Part shown: piece by piece, positions 11,535-24,029 of the stretch
Numbering within the stretch: the first letter of the stretch is position 1
Layout of the letters: every line of letters begins with the position of its first letter
NCBI GenBank assembly: GCA_030265395.1
Contig: JARFYF010000022.1
Span: forward strand, 45,801,935-45,865,934
DNA length: 64,000 nucleotides
From: Rhina ancylostomus
Taxonomy: Eukaryota
Direction: 5' to 3'
Translations under genes and position numbers: made by a program
Notes under the pieces: model-generated
What the model saw: the letters and a program-made list of their open reading frames with translations, nothing else
Told to the model about the DNA's origin: nothing
Database searches by the model: none

Positions 11535-11826
11535 AAGATATTTATTTATACATGTACATCGAAACACACAGTGAAATGCGTCTTTTTGTGTCACTAAGAA
11601 TGTGCTGGGGGCAGCCTGCAAGTGTCGCCACGCTTCTGGCGCCAACATAGCGCGCCCACAACTTCCTAACCCATATGCCTTTGGAACGTGGGAGGAAACT
11701 GGAGCACCCAGAGGGAACCCATGCAGACATGGAGAGAAGGTACAAACTCCTTACAGAGAGTGGCCGGAATTGAACCCGGGTGCTGGCACTGTGAAGCATT
11801 ACATTAACTGCTACACTACCGTGTCT
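11535..11826 (-). mobile_element. tRNA-derived V-SINE, same family as 9710-9999, inverted
   Basis: Reverse complement of the 9710 copy over its whole length (ggaattgaacccggg is the B-box). Confidence 0.9.
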
Positions 11827-12139
11827 GCCTTGAGAATGCATTAACAGAGCATATGGGATCCTAAAGACATGACCACAGAAATGAGGAAGTTATGATGAAT
11901 CTTTATGAAACACTGGTTCAGCCTAAATTGAAGTACTGCATCCAGTTCCAACTTACCTCTACTGCACCACAATTCCTCGGTCAATAAAGATTCAAGGAGA
12001 GGCTCTGGCAGACGTGGAACACTTCCAATTTCTCAGGAGCCATCTCTTGGAAAAGGCAACCATCGAGGATGAAGTTCACCATTGCTTTCAAAATGCCGAC
12101 ACAGCCATTAGTTGATTGGAAGAAAAGGTGAACACCAAG

Positions 12140-12272
12140 CATGGAACACAGAGCAGTATGCACAGGAACAGGCCCTTCAGCCCACAGTGTCTGTGCTGAC
12201 CATGATGCTAATATAAACTAATCCCATTTGCCTGCACATGGTCTATATCCCTCCATTCCCTGCCTGTTCATG
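12140..12272 (-). mobile_element. CR1/HER1 3' tail fragment
   Basis: aacaggcccttcagcccac...aactaatcccatttgcctgcac, same as the 567-815 copy. Confidence 0.7.
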
Positions 12273-12866
12273 TGACTACCAATGCCTCAGACCTGGTACC
12301 TCTGGCTGCAGACAAGTGGCTCCATGGAATTACACATTTACAATGGGAACACCTTTTAACTGAGAAGACCCACTGTGAATATTCAAACACCTTTATTTTG
12401 AATTCAGAAAAAGAAAGCAGCTATTTTTTTACCACTATATGGAGGGTTGGCTCTCTGCATAAAACACCGATCAAAAGAACAAATGTATATGACCATGTTT
12501 GATGTGCTAAGTGGCAAAACAGCCAGTCTGAACATATCTGATGCTTGGTGTGATGCAGGTCAATTAGTATTGCTCGATTGTTTATATGTTTAATCAAATG
12601 CATATGAGAATGTTCCATGGTCAAGTCATTTTCCAAACCTTAAATCTTAAGTGGCTCCCTGCTGTAAGCCAGTCGCCAGCTCTCTTCACAGACAATGCAG
12701 CTGTCCTGGTCATCTCAAAACTGATTACTGCTAGTAGGAGGTCCATTTGAAATAGCTTGAATAATGGTTGTTGTTTGTATTAATGGCTGCTGCCCCCAAC
12801 TCCTGACTGTAGCTGCTTCATCTCTAACGATTATTAACGATTTCCACATTGGCCTCATTCACCACC

Positions 12867-13091
12867 TCAGAATCAGAATCAGGTTTATTATCACTGACGT
12901 ATGTCGTGAAATTTGTTGTTTCGTGGCAGCAGTGCAGGGCAAAGGCATCAAAATTACCATGTTACAGAAATAAATAAATCGTGCAAAAGAGGAATAACGA
13001 GGTCGTGTTCTTGGGTTCATGGACCGTTCAGAAATCTGACGGCAGAAGGGAAGAAGCTGTTCCTGAATCGTTGAGTGTGGGTCTTCAGGCT
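12867..13091 (-). mobile_element. Rex1/Babar LINE 3' end
   Basis: tcagaatcagaatcaggtttattatcactgac tail; minus-strand KTHTQRFRNSFFPSAVRFLN is the typical Rex/Babar ORF C-terminus. Confidence 0.85.
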
Positions 13092-13191
13092 NNNNNNNNN
13101 NNNNNNNNNNNNNNNNNNNNNNNNNNNNNNNNNNNNNNNNNNNNNNNNNNNNNNNNNNNNNNNNNNNNNNNNNNNNNNNNNNNNNNNNNNN

Positions 13192-13490
13192 AGCTTCAAT
13201 TGTGACCTCAGATGCTGTCTGTGTGGAATTTGTGTCCTCTTCCTGCAGCTGCATGGATTTCCTCTGGGTGCTCTGGTTTCCTCCCACATCCCAAAGATCT
13301 GCGGGTCGGTAGGTTAATTCACCACTGTAAATGGGCCCTATCGTGCAGGTAAATGGCAGCATCTGGGGAGGAGTTAATGAGAACGTGTGGGGGGAAAACT
13401 ACAGGTTTAATGCAGGATTATTGTAAAAATGTGATAAAGTCGGTACAGACGGTGGGCCGAATGGCCTGTTTCTGTGCTGTATGTCTCTAT
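13192..13490 (+). mobile_element. V-SINE (HE1-like) with CR1 tail
   Basis: V-domain ggtttcctcccacatcccaaaga...gtaggttaatt; ends gggccgaatggcctgtttctgtgctgtatgtctcta. Confidence 0.8.
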
Positions 13491-14436
13491 ACCTCTTGAT
13501 TCTGTGACAAAAGGAAAGAGAACGATTGGTAAATATGTAAAGCCATAGTTTGGGCAAATCAACCAAGGTTTTTGACAGTACAAAGGCAACATTACAAGTA
13601 GTGAAGATGGAATCATAACATAATTATGTTAATTATGTTAATTATAATTATGTTAATAATCATTTCAATTATATTGAAATAAATATAAGCAGGTTCAATG
13701 GCTAGGCAAAGTTGTAGCAAATGTGAGTTCACCCACTTTGGATTTAAAAACCAAGGTCATTTTTTAATGGTGTGAAAGNNNNNNNNNNNNNNNNNNNNNN
13801 NNNNNNNNNNNNNNNNNNNNNNNNNNNNNNNNNNNNNNNNNNNNNNNNNNNNNNNNNNNNNNNNNNNNNNNNNNNNNNNNNNNNNNNNNNNNNNNNNNNN
13901 NNNNNNNNNNNNNNNNNNNNNNNNNNNNNNNNNNNNNNNNNNNNNNNNNNNNNNNNNNNNNNNNNNNNNNNNNNNNNNNNNNNNNNNNNNNNNNNNNNNN
14001 NNNNNNNNNNNNNNNNNNNNNNNNNNNNNNNNNNNNNNNNNNNNNNNNNNNNNNNNNNNNNNNNNNNNNNNNNNNNNNNNNNNNNNNNNNNNNNNNNNNN
14101 NNNNNNNNNNNNNNNNNNNNNNNNNNNNNNNNNNNNNNNNNNNNNNNNNNNNNNNNNNNNNNNNNNNNNNNNNNNNNNNNNNNNNNNNNNNNNNNNNNNN
14201 NNNNNNNNNNNNNNNNNNNNNNNNNNNNNNNNNNNNNNNNNNNNNNNNNNNNNNNNNNNNNNNNNNNNNNNNNNNNNNNNNNNNNNNNNNNNNNNNNNNN
14301 NNNNNNNNNNNNNNNNNNNNNNNNNNNNNNNNNNNNNNNNNNNNNNNNNNNNNNNNNNNNNNNNNNNNNNNNNNNNNNNNNNNNNNNNNNNNNNNNNNNN
14401 NNNNNNNNNNNNNNNNNNNNNNNNNNNNNNNNNNNN

Positions 14437-14575
14437 CTTTATTCTGCATTCTGTTATTTTACCTTGTACTACTTCAATGTACTGTGTAATGAATTGATCT
14501 GTATGAACGGTATATAAGACAAGCTTTTCACTGTTCATCAGTACACGTGACAATAATAAACCAATTCCAATTCCA
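14437..14575 (+). mobile_element. Rex1/Babar LINE 3' end (5' part in N gap)
   Basis: cttttcactg...gtacacgtgacaataataaaccaattccaattcca tail. Confidence 0.7.
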
Positions 14576-14576
14576 A

Positions 14577-15100
14577 AAGGGGTAGAACTTATGCTACAGC
14601 TCAATCAAGCCTTGGTTACTTCCTACCTGAAGCACTGTGGATGGTTTTGTCCCCACACCTTCACAGGATACAGGAAGGAGTGTAGTGTAGACATATTAGC
14701 ATGATAATTGGGTTAAGTTATAAGGAAAGATTATCCAAATGAGGGGGTCTATTTTCTGTAATTGAGGAAGTTCAAGAGTGAGTTGAACAAAACTTTTGAA
14801 ATATTCAAGAGTAGTTGTATGGATGAAGAATGAGAACCTATTGAAAAGTCCTGGTTTAGCTGTAGAGTTTAAAAATAAGAGTCAGACTTGGGGAAAAGAC
14901 TTTTAGATGCAAGGAGTAGTAAAAATCTGTAATTCTTTTCCAGTAACAATTGTTGATTTTAAATCTGTGACTGACGTGTTCTGTTAACACAAGCTAGAAT
15001 GGCAAAGGTAGGGATATGGAATTCAGTTACAGATCAGCCTTGATCTCACTGAAGAACAGAATAGGTTTAAACAGCTAATTGGCCTACTCCCATGTTTCCA
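14577..15100 (+). mobile_element. Old CR1 LINE 3' fragment
   Basis: Degenerate match to the CR1 ORF2 end (gaagcactgtg...gttataaggaaagatt...aaatctgtaattct) seen better preserved at 42915 and 57955. Confidence 0.55.
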
Positions 15101-15754
15101 TCAATGAGAAATGAGATTTTCGAGTTACACAGAGAAATCATACAGACTTCATTTGCACACTGTAAAAAAATCCTGACAATGGGAAAAGTGGATGGGTATG
15201 GGAGACACAATAGAATTATCGGGAAACAAGTGGGAGAACGATGGTATTGCTCTGAGAATCAGTTTAGACTCGATGGACAAAATGGCCCCCTCCGATGTTG
15301 TGCAAAAATGTGAGAAATGAGCTTCTGAAAGTTTACAAAGAACAGTTAACTGTTTTCGATAGTCACATGAAAGAAAATGCTACAAGCTGCCCCTGGGTAA
15401 TGAACAGGTTCCACTTTTATAGACGTGCTTAAGTCAATTTTGCCTATCTGTTGGAAAATATATTTTAAAAAATCACTCGATACGGTAACCACACCTCCAC
15501 GGTTTTGTAAAGAATGGTATCAAAAGCACCTAAGACTGATAAGAAAGAACAATTACTAAAAGCAGAGAGGAAACTGATTCTGCTATTCATAGGAACAAAA
15601 GTATGGATGCACAATAGACCTTTAAATTTATTAATATTATGGGAACTCGTATCTAAGGGTGTCCATAAGTCAGACATTCATAACCTGGAATGGCCTGTAA
15701 TACAATGGTGGCTTGTAATGGGAAATTTAAAATAACTAAATATAAGAGGAAAAC

Positions 15755-15902
15755 CAAAACAGAAAGTGCAGCAAATCTACAGAGAGAGAAATAGAGTTCA
15801 TATTGCAGGTCAGTAACCCTTCATCAGAATGTTAAATCTGTTTCTCTCTCCACAGGTGGTGCCTGACTAGTTGAGTGGCATTTCATGTTTTTAATTCAGA
15901 TT
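15755..15902. mobile_element. Fold-back Penelope-derived short element
   Basis: acagagagagaaatagagtt...cccttcatcagaa...aatctgtttctctctccacag inverted arms around a degenerate CTGATGAAGGG core. Confidence 0.6.
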
Positions 15903-16074
15903 TAAATGAAATGAGGAAACAAATCTTGTACAAGAGGCTGAATGTGTAATTTTCTACCATCAACTCTGGCTCCCAAAGAGCCACTGGCTCTTTAAAAATT
16001 CAATTGGATTGTTATGTACAAGAGGCAATTAAGGAACACACAAATACAAGCAGGAAAGTGAGATTAGATTCTTA

Positions 16075-16590
16075 GAGAGCTGTAGAGTCACACAACACAA
16101 ACAGACCTTTGGCCAGCCATTTCCATGGCGAGCATCAAGTACCCATCGATACATATCCTATTTACCAGCACGTGGTCAAGTGCTGATGCTTCTCAAGTGG
16201 TCAAGTCCAGATGCTTCTCAAGCGCTCTGAGAGTACTGCCGCCACCACCCACTCAGACAGAGCTTTCTAGAGTTTCTTACCATTTACCTATCCTATGCCT
16301 CTCATAATTTTGTACAGCTCTATCAGGTCCCCNNNNNNNNNNNNNNNNNNNNNNNNNNNNNNNNNNNNNNNNNNNNNNNNNNNNNNNNNNNNNNNNNNNN
16401 NNNNNNNNNNNNNNNNNNNNNNNNNNNNNNNNNNCCCCCCCGGGGTGTTGTGACAACATCTGTATAGTTACCTTATCAAACCCCCTTCATCATTTAAAGA
16501 TGTGTCAGATCACTCCCCAGCTGTCATTTTCTAAAGAGCCCATTCAGTTTTTCCTGACAGGTAAATCGTCTCAGAACTGGTTTCATTCTC
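16075..16590 (-). mobile_element. CR1/HE1-type 3' fragments flanking an N gap
   Basis: tagagtcacacaacacaaacagacc tail and CR1-like ataattttgta...ctatcaggtcccc. Confidence 0.55.
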
Positions 16591-18089
16591 AAACAGTACC
16601 ATGTAGTTGTGGTTGATAAGTATTTGAATAAAAAGGATTAACAGTAATTTATTCTCTTCAGTACCAAACTGTACAACAAAGAATGAATGGGATCCACTGA
16701 AGAAAGCTCATCTGCTGGTTATAGCTTGATTGTTTTACATTGGATAGGATAACTCTTGGCTCACTGAGCACACGCCGGTAAAAAATCTACCATTCCTCCC
16801 ACATTCACTGAATTTCAGCCGTGTTTGTCAACAGCAGACACCTCCTACACCCTCTGACGTTATTCAGGATTCTCAGCGTGACTCCTGTGCCAGAGAACCG
16901 TCTGAACAAAGTGCAGTTCAGCAGGAGAATTATTCAGTGGTTAGAACCCCGGGGAGCCTTCCAATAAATTGCTCCACTTTTCCTCTTCGCATGTGGAATC
17001 TTGCCTTCCTGCAATCTGTGATAAGAATTCTATTTATAAGCTTGGTTAACTTAAATGGTCTACAGTTTTTGCTCTTAATGTTGGGTGTTATGTCTTCAGG
17101 TTTTAAATTGAATATAGATTTTTATTGATGAAACAATCTCAACCAATTCCACAAGGAAAATCACCCCTAGAACTTATGCGGCACTATGCTTTGAAAACAA
17201 AGTATTCTGGCAAGGGAAGGACATGAGTTGTACCCATCGTTATCTACATTTCACAATCTGCTCGGTACCAGACGAGCAATGTTCTACGACAGATATATGA
17301 CAGTGAGTGTGCCCTCAGGCCACCCATGAACACTTCCTGTTGGTCATTTTCAGGTGGCATTAATTAATACAGGGCTGGGGGCATGACTACAACCGGCCCT
17401 CCGATGACGTGACAGCACAGAGAAACAACACTACTGGAGACATATTTACGTTAGGATTTTCAGGAAGTGTGTCTTATTTGTAACCTTGAATGTTAAATGG
17501 TTGCAATCTGTTATTTTAGAACTCAATTTTACCAAGCTGCTGACAGCTGTAGATCACAGAGCTTTCTAAATTTTACCATGTTACAACCCATGGAAAAGAT
17601 CTGATCTACACAACCAGCCAAATTCCACTGCTCCAATCTTAAAAGCAGTATTGCCTTCTACACATACTGCAGTTAAGAAGAAATTATTCTGAAGTATCTA
17701 AATTGTATTATTTTGCACCCATTATTACTGACAAGATAACTATTCCACATTGTCAGATTTTCCATCACCTCAAATTATCATAACAACTCCAAATAATTAA
17801 TACCTCAACCATATATGCACTCTTATTATTTTACTCCAGGATATTTTTTTATGTGGAAAGAAAGGTGAGCAAGGTTTGGACTGGAGTTGTCACTGAGGAT
17901 AAAGGGCTGTGACAAAGTGCAGGTCAGCTGATGATTCACCCGCTGTGTATAACAATGTTCTGTGGACTAAACCTCTGGAATATGGAGGTCCTGCACCATG
18001 ACACAGCTCATCTGCTCCACCAGATTGTGAAGCAAGAGGTCAATGGTAGAAACAACAACTTCATTATGTTAGAGGTCCATTTATATAGG

Positions 18090-18910
18090 GCCTCTAACAT
18101 AGGAAAGTACTAAGGCACTTAACAGCACCGTCACCGAGAAAATATTTGACACTGAAACAGTGAAAGTGATATCAGGTCTGATGACCAAGGATTTGCTCAA
18201 GGAGTTTCAAGAATTGTAAATGAACAGAGGAAGGTGAGGAGATTTTGTTTTAAGAGTTTTAGAGCTTAGAGGCTATGCAGGTGGAAGCTCTGGCTTCAGC
18301 ACTGAGTGATGGAAAAGGAGTTTATAAGGGGTTAGAAATGTAGGTGCAAGAGTGAGATCTAGATGGCTTGCAGAGCTGGAAGACATTGCAGAACTACTAG
18401 AGGTGGACTGGAGGTAGTTGTGAGGGGGTTGGATCTGTGATGTCAGGTAAATGGAAATACAAGGATCAGGATTTTAAAACTGAGGCATTAAAGTGGAAGT
18501 CAGCGTTGGTCAGCAAGTGTCATGTGAATGACGCTTGGAGCAAGTTAAAATATAAACAGTAGAATTTAGTTGCAGATTATCTTCTGTAGGCTAGAAGACA
18601 GTCTGGGAGACATAGTCTGCTGTAACAAATACATGCAGATTTTCAGTGTCATACACAACACCAAGGTTGTGTGGAGACACAACAGAATGCAGAGGCTCAA
18701 AAGGTTGTGTAAAGCTTCAAACTATTTCCAGGCATTCAGGGGGCTGAATTTGTAACAGACACCAAAGACAATATCTTCTATCTTACTCTATTTAGCTATA
18801 GCAAATTTCTTCTCATCCACAATTTTACGTCAGATTAACTGTGTGTCCAACTTGATGCAGTGAAGCAGCCCAGAGAGGTGAAATAAGGCTGAGTGTCATC
18901 AGTATATACA
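18090..18910 (-). mobile_element. L2 LINE 3' fragment, highly diverged
   Basis: Purine-rich antisense signature ending gagtgtcatcagtatatacat (reverse complement ~MYTDDTQ, the YADD RT motif). Confidence 0.55.
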
Positions 18911-20094
18911 TGCAGCCTACAACAGAGGCAGAGGAGTTAAGAATGTAAGAATACAGTTTGCAGTTTTATGCAATGAGACAATCTTTGCTTTCTTAGATAA
19001 TCCGAGAATTAGGTGCAGTTACAACAATAAAGAACAGGACCTAATATTGCATGTGGTCAAGCTAAGCTGGGCAATAGGCAGTTAAACTTGTTTCTGTCAA
19101 AGATGTTCAAACATCTGTTCCTTGGGCTCAAGAGAGTAGTAACAATGAGTATATCAAGGGAACAATGAGTGACTTAATGTAGCTGTATTTACTGAAATGC
19201 CACAATGAATAATAGGCCAGAAGCTGGTCACTTATTCCTCTTATTTTTATTCATTCACAGGATGGGAGCATCTTTGGAAAGACCACAATTTAAGAAGCAT
19301 CACTGATGGCCTTTGAACACTTTTGCAGGGAAGATGCAACTGGTGCAAATTGAACTGGTGGTGAAGGTAGAGTAATATTCTAAGGGGTTTGAGAAAACAA
19401 TATGTCCAGGGCAGACATGTAAGAAAATAGGACATGGAGATTGTAGGGGGATATAAAACAAGAATCAAAGAATGTCTCATCAGTGATGTTAACAAATAGA
19501 ATACAAGATGCTCAAGGACAGAAGCTGGCTATTAGTATAGGTAGGTGATTATTTGCAGAGTAGCGGGAAAAAAAATGGGCAATGAAATGGGAGCAAGAGT
19601 TGAGATGAGAAGCTTCTGAAAGAGAACAAAGAAGAAATTTTGAAACTTGAGATGTTATTTGTGTGTATATTAATGAATAAGTATGCTAAAAGAAAAGCAT
19701 GAGTGTTGGAATGTGGTTAGTTGCTTGAAGATGGTTTTTCCACCAGAGGACTACGAAAATACACCAAGGTATAATTTGGAGCTAAGCGATATGTCATCAA
19801 AGCAATCATTATAGCCAGGTAAATGTTTGAAAACAAAACAATTGGCGGCGCTGGATCTCACAGCTGGATAAAGCTAGATATTTAAGCCTTTGCTATTTGC
19901 CTCTGTAGCAGTCTTTGCTTCAGAGGTCTGTGTTGTTAGACTGGATGTAGGCTGAAGAAGCAACATGGAGTGGTTGGAGATCTCNNNNNNNNNNNNNNNN
20001 NNNNNNNNNNNNNNNNNNNNNNNNNNNNNNNNNNNNNNNNNNNNNNNNNNNNNNNNNNNNNNNNNNNNTAAAATCTTAGATTAGATTAAATTAT

Positions 20095-20600
20095 TGGAGA
20101 CACAGGAGACTGCAGATGCGGGATTCTGAAGCAACACACAAAGTACTGGAGGAACTCAGTGTGCCAGACAGCATCTATGGAGGGAAATGGATAATCGACA
20201 TTTCGGTTCGAGACCCTTCGTAGAGTCATAGAGCACTACAGCACAGAAACAGGCCCTTTGGCCCACCTAGTCCATGTCAGCCTGGTTTTCTGCCTAGTCC
20301 CATTTACCTGCACCCAGACCATGGCCCTCCATACCCTTCTCACCCATGCACCTATCCAAACTTCACCTGGACTAAAAGGGAGAAGGGAGATAGCCAGTAT
20401 AAGAGGGTGGAGGGAAGGGGTAGAGGAAGAACTGGCAGGTGAAAGGTGGACCCAGGTGAGGGGGTGATAGGCAGATGAGGGAGGGGGGAGAGTGGGAATG
20501 ATGTCAGAAGCTGGGAGGTAATGGGTGGAAGTGGCAAAGCGTTGAAGATGATGGAATCTGATAGAGGAAGGTGGAGCATGGAATAAAGGGAGGGATGTGG
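20095..20600 (-). mobile_element. Penelope-like terminal element interrupted by a CR1/HE1 tail (20221-20360)
   Basis: Same terminus as the 6720 and 10400 copies (ctggaggaactcag...agcatctatggagggaaatgg...tttcgg..cgagaccc); resumes after the insertion with a purine-rich tract. Confidence 0.8.
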
Positions 20601-23366
20601 GTCATATACACCAGGGTGCAATGAAATCCCTTGCTTGTATGAAGCTCACAGAGTAAACAGTATACATGGTAATAATAAATACAACAGTAAATACAACAAC
20701 AAGCGCAATGCAGCAGAATGGTACAAAGATTCTAGCAGGCCCTCTGCTTGTTCCAAACACTAGGTTTCACAGCTGAGGAAGGACTTGGAGCAAGTCAGCG
20801 CTCGTGAGTTTCCACATAATCCCTGCCAAGCTCTGTGAAGGACCTGGTATTTCCTGCTAAAAACTCACTTCCTAATCTCCAGCATTGATGTAATTGCACC
20901 TGTGACAGATGGAGTGAGTGTCAGTCTGAATTCTAACTGGGCTTTGCAGCTCACCAGCAGAAACAGCTAAAGCCCAAGTGTTGCAGGATGTGCCATCAAA
21001 TAGCGTTTTAGTGCCAAATATATTAAGAGCCATAGTACATACCAGTTGGAAAATGAATGAGTACACGAGGAGGAAACAGAAGGATATTAAAAATCCTCAG
21101 CATGAAAATATTAGCTCAGAAAGTAGCAGCCGAGTTTACATCCTGAAGAAACTAAAACGACGTAAAGCAACATCGCATCTAAACAATGTCATGTGGTACA
21201 CAATAATACAATGATCCATATGCATTATCTGCCATTCTAGTCATTAGACATGGCATAAACAGAGTAATATTTTAAATATATAAGCTAATGCAAAGTATTC
21301 TTGGTGTTTCAGGTCTTTTATGGAGCCATTATAATTCCCCTCCTCATTTCCACACAGGCATGCCTGTCCAGCAGGTAGAGAACTTGCAATCAACTGAACA
21401 CAACAGGGGACAAAAGGCTGCACCACAGTCGTTCACAGGGCTACCACTGAGATTTCGAGGAACAGATTGAAAATTTCATCTTTAAGTATTACTTCCTTGT
21501 ACTGGATGAAATTACTTAAAGCTGTTGTGCTTATCACCTATGTACCTATGTCCATGCTGATTTGTTGTAGGCCCAATTAGATTAAAATGAATCCTTAAAG
21601 CAGGAAAAACATACAATTGATTCTTAAAGCTACTAATGGGACTCCTGATCAGACTTTTGTCTAAAAAATGAAAGCAGGTATTATTGTGTATCAGACAGCA
21701 GACCAAGTGAGACTGCTGGATAAGCATTAATTCCTCACAGAGTCTCGTTTTCCAACCAATAGCATCCCTTTAAACTATTTCAAGATACAAACTGGGAATA
21801 TGTGTGGAGCATTTAAAGCTAGGCTAAGCAAGAAATGTGAGAATATACATGTACAGGCACTGTTAATTGAGTGCTTGACTAAATACTAGAGGGCATCTTT
21901 TCAGGATACAACAGTATTTATCAAGAAACAGTGTAAAGGTCTTAAAGGTGTTTTCAAAACATCTTTCATACTTTGCAATATTAGGGAATTGCAAGATATG
22001 AAAAGTATTGATAAAAGAGCAGGCTGAAAATCTGGCCATTAAATAAGGTGTTGATATTGCAAGTGGGGTGTTAAGAGAAACCATTGAGCAATCCCAACAA
22101 GGAACAGACCTGAAGATGTCAGAGCAACAAGATAAAGGGCAAACAACAGGCAGTAGCAGCAGCTTTATACCTGAGAATGCTGGCAATCTTATCCTACTGA
22201 GGAGAGAGGGGCTTAACAGAATTTGGTAAGTTGACCTGAGTTACACAAGTGGTATTTTAAATGCAAGCATCACTGAAGCAAATGATGTAGTAAAAGGAAT
22301 CATGATTCAGTGTATGAAAGTGTGTCTGAGTGCCTTTTCTGTCTGAAAGTATGCCTCCAAAGAGTGTCTCCTGTTTGTGTTCAGTATTAGCTACTGTTAT
22401 GCCCTGAGAGGAGAGTGTTAATACTTTATACTTTTTTGTTGTTGGATGTGCTCATTTCTGTACATTTGATTTTCTTACTCTCCAAGTTTCTTTAGTCATG
22501 CTTTGTATCTTGAACCAACTTAAATAGTATGAGTGTTTTTACAAGTTTGCACCCTCACATGTTCCGCAGAAGCTGGCAAACTTCGGAGCTCCTAACACAT
22601 TACATAGATCGATGTTTCTGAATTGTATGAAGAGGTGTGAGTTGCTTTTTAAAAGTTTGAACATCCCTTCTTGGAACAAGTAAAGACTAAAGATTAAAGC
22701 TTTAATTGAAGATATTGGCATGTTTTCTTTTAAACAATGGGCTTCTTCACATCCATGGGAATTAAAGACAAGTTGTGGCCTTGAAGCTGAAATTCAAAGT
22801 TAAAATGTACCTGGTTTGAAGTCAACAGAGCTTAAGAATGTTTACATTTGGCTTCATTATAATCTTATATTTTGTTTCATGCAGTCTAAATTTGAAATGA
22901 GTAGCTGTATAGATCAGCAGTAACTCAAACCTTCATTAAAGAGTATTCAATTACGTCATGTCTGACAGCTAGTTTTTCATAATAACCCTGCCATAACTTA
23001 AATAGGAGAGAACCATAAACTTAATTGGACAGGAGTGTTAAATCATCATTACAGACTGAAAAAAATGAAGTAAAAAGATGCTGTTCAGTTGAAAGTTACA
23101 AGTTAAAGAATTCCCTCTGTTTTAAGGGCAAGACTGATTTAAATGTTTCCACTCTTTTTTAAAGAATCCACAACGTGTGTGAAAGTCCGCATTTTTTTCC
23201 CTAATGGCTCGTGCAAGAATGTTGAAGGCCTTTAAGGTAACAATTAATGTTCTTCAGTTCTCTTTAGTTTTTTTAAATAGTTATCTATAAAAACTCAAAA
23301 GATACCTAAGGAAGCAATAACAACTGCAATTTACTTGTGTGCCTTTCTTTCATGTCCTATTTTATC

Positions 23367-23796
23367 TGTTACGTACCAGCAACAAGAGAAACACACCGAG
23401 ACGTATACGTGTTAAAAACTACTTTATTAATAACTACTTATGATAATAAGTAAAATAAAAGTAAAAATGTTAGAATGTTNNNNNNNNNNNNNNNNNNNNN
23501 NNNNNNNNNNNNNNNNNNNNNNNNNNNNNNNNNNNNNNNNNNNNNNNNNNNNNNNNNNNNNNNNNNNNNNNNNNNNNNNTGCAGTGACAGTCACAGTTAT
23601 TGTTTCTCATCCATCGACAGAGAAAACAAGCAGGCTGGTGTCTCTCTCTCTCCTTCCTCTCCTTCAGACTGACTTCTGACTGGTTGTTTCAACAACAACG
23701 GCATGACATTCTTTAACTTCTGTTGACATAAGCACGCCACATACACACGCACACTATCTTAAAGGAACCTCACTAATTGTAACCTAGTCCGTAACA
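23367..23796 (-). mobile_element. Probable solo LTR (Gypsy/ERV-type)
   Basis: Termini TGTTACG...CGTAACA (7-bp inverted, TG...CA); AATAAA on the minus strand at 23428-23423; ATC on both flanks; contains a 100-N gap. Confidence 0.7.
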
Positions 23797-24029
23797 ATCA
23801 GTTGAAGTATTGATCTGAATTAATATTGGAAGAAATAAGGACCTGAATTCAACAATGAAGTGAATGTGCAGAGTTACGCAAGAATTGGTATGTCATTCAA
23901 AAAATTAATGTTTTATTAAAACAAATTAAAAATTAATATTTGGAAACACCTGATTCATTGAGGCAGAGATGGATGAACGTTTGAAGAAATCAAGGGTTAT
24001 GGAAATTGAGCAAGAATATGGAGTTTTAT

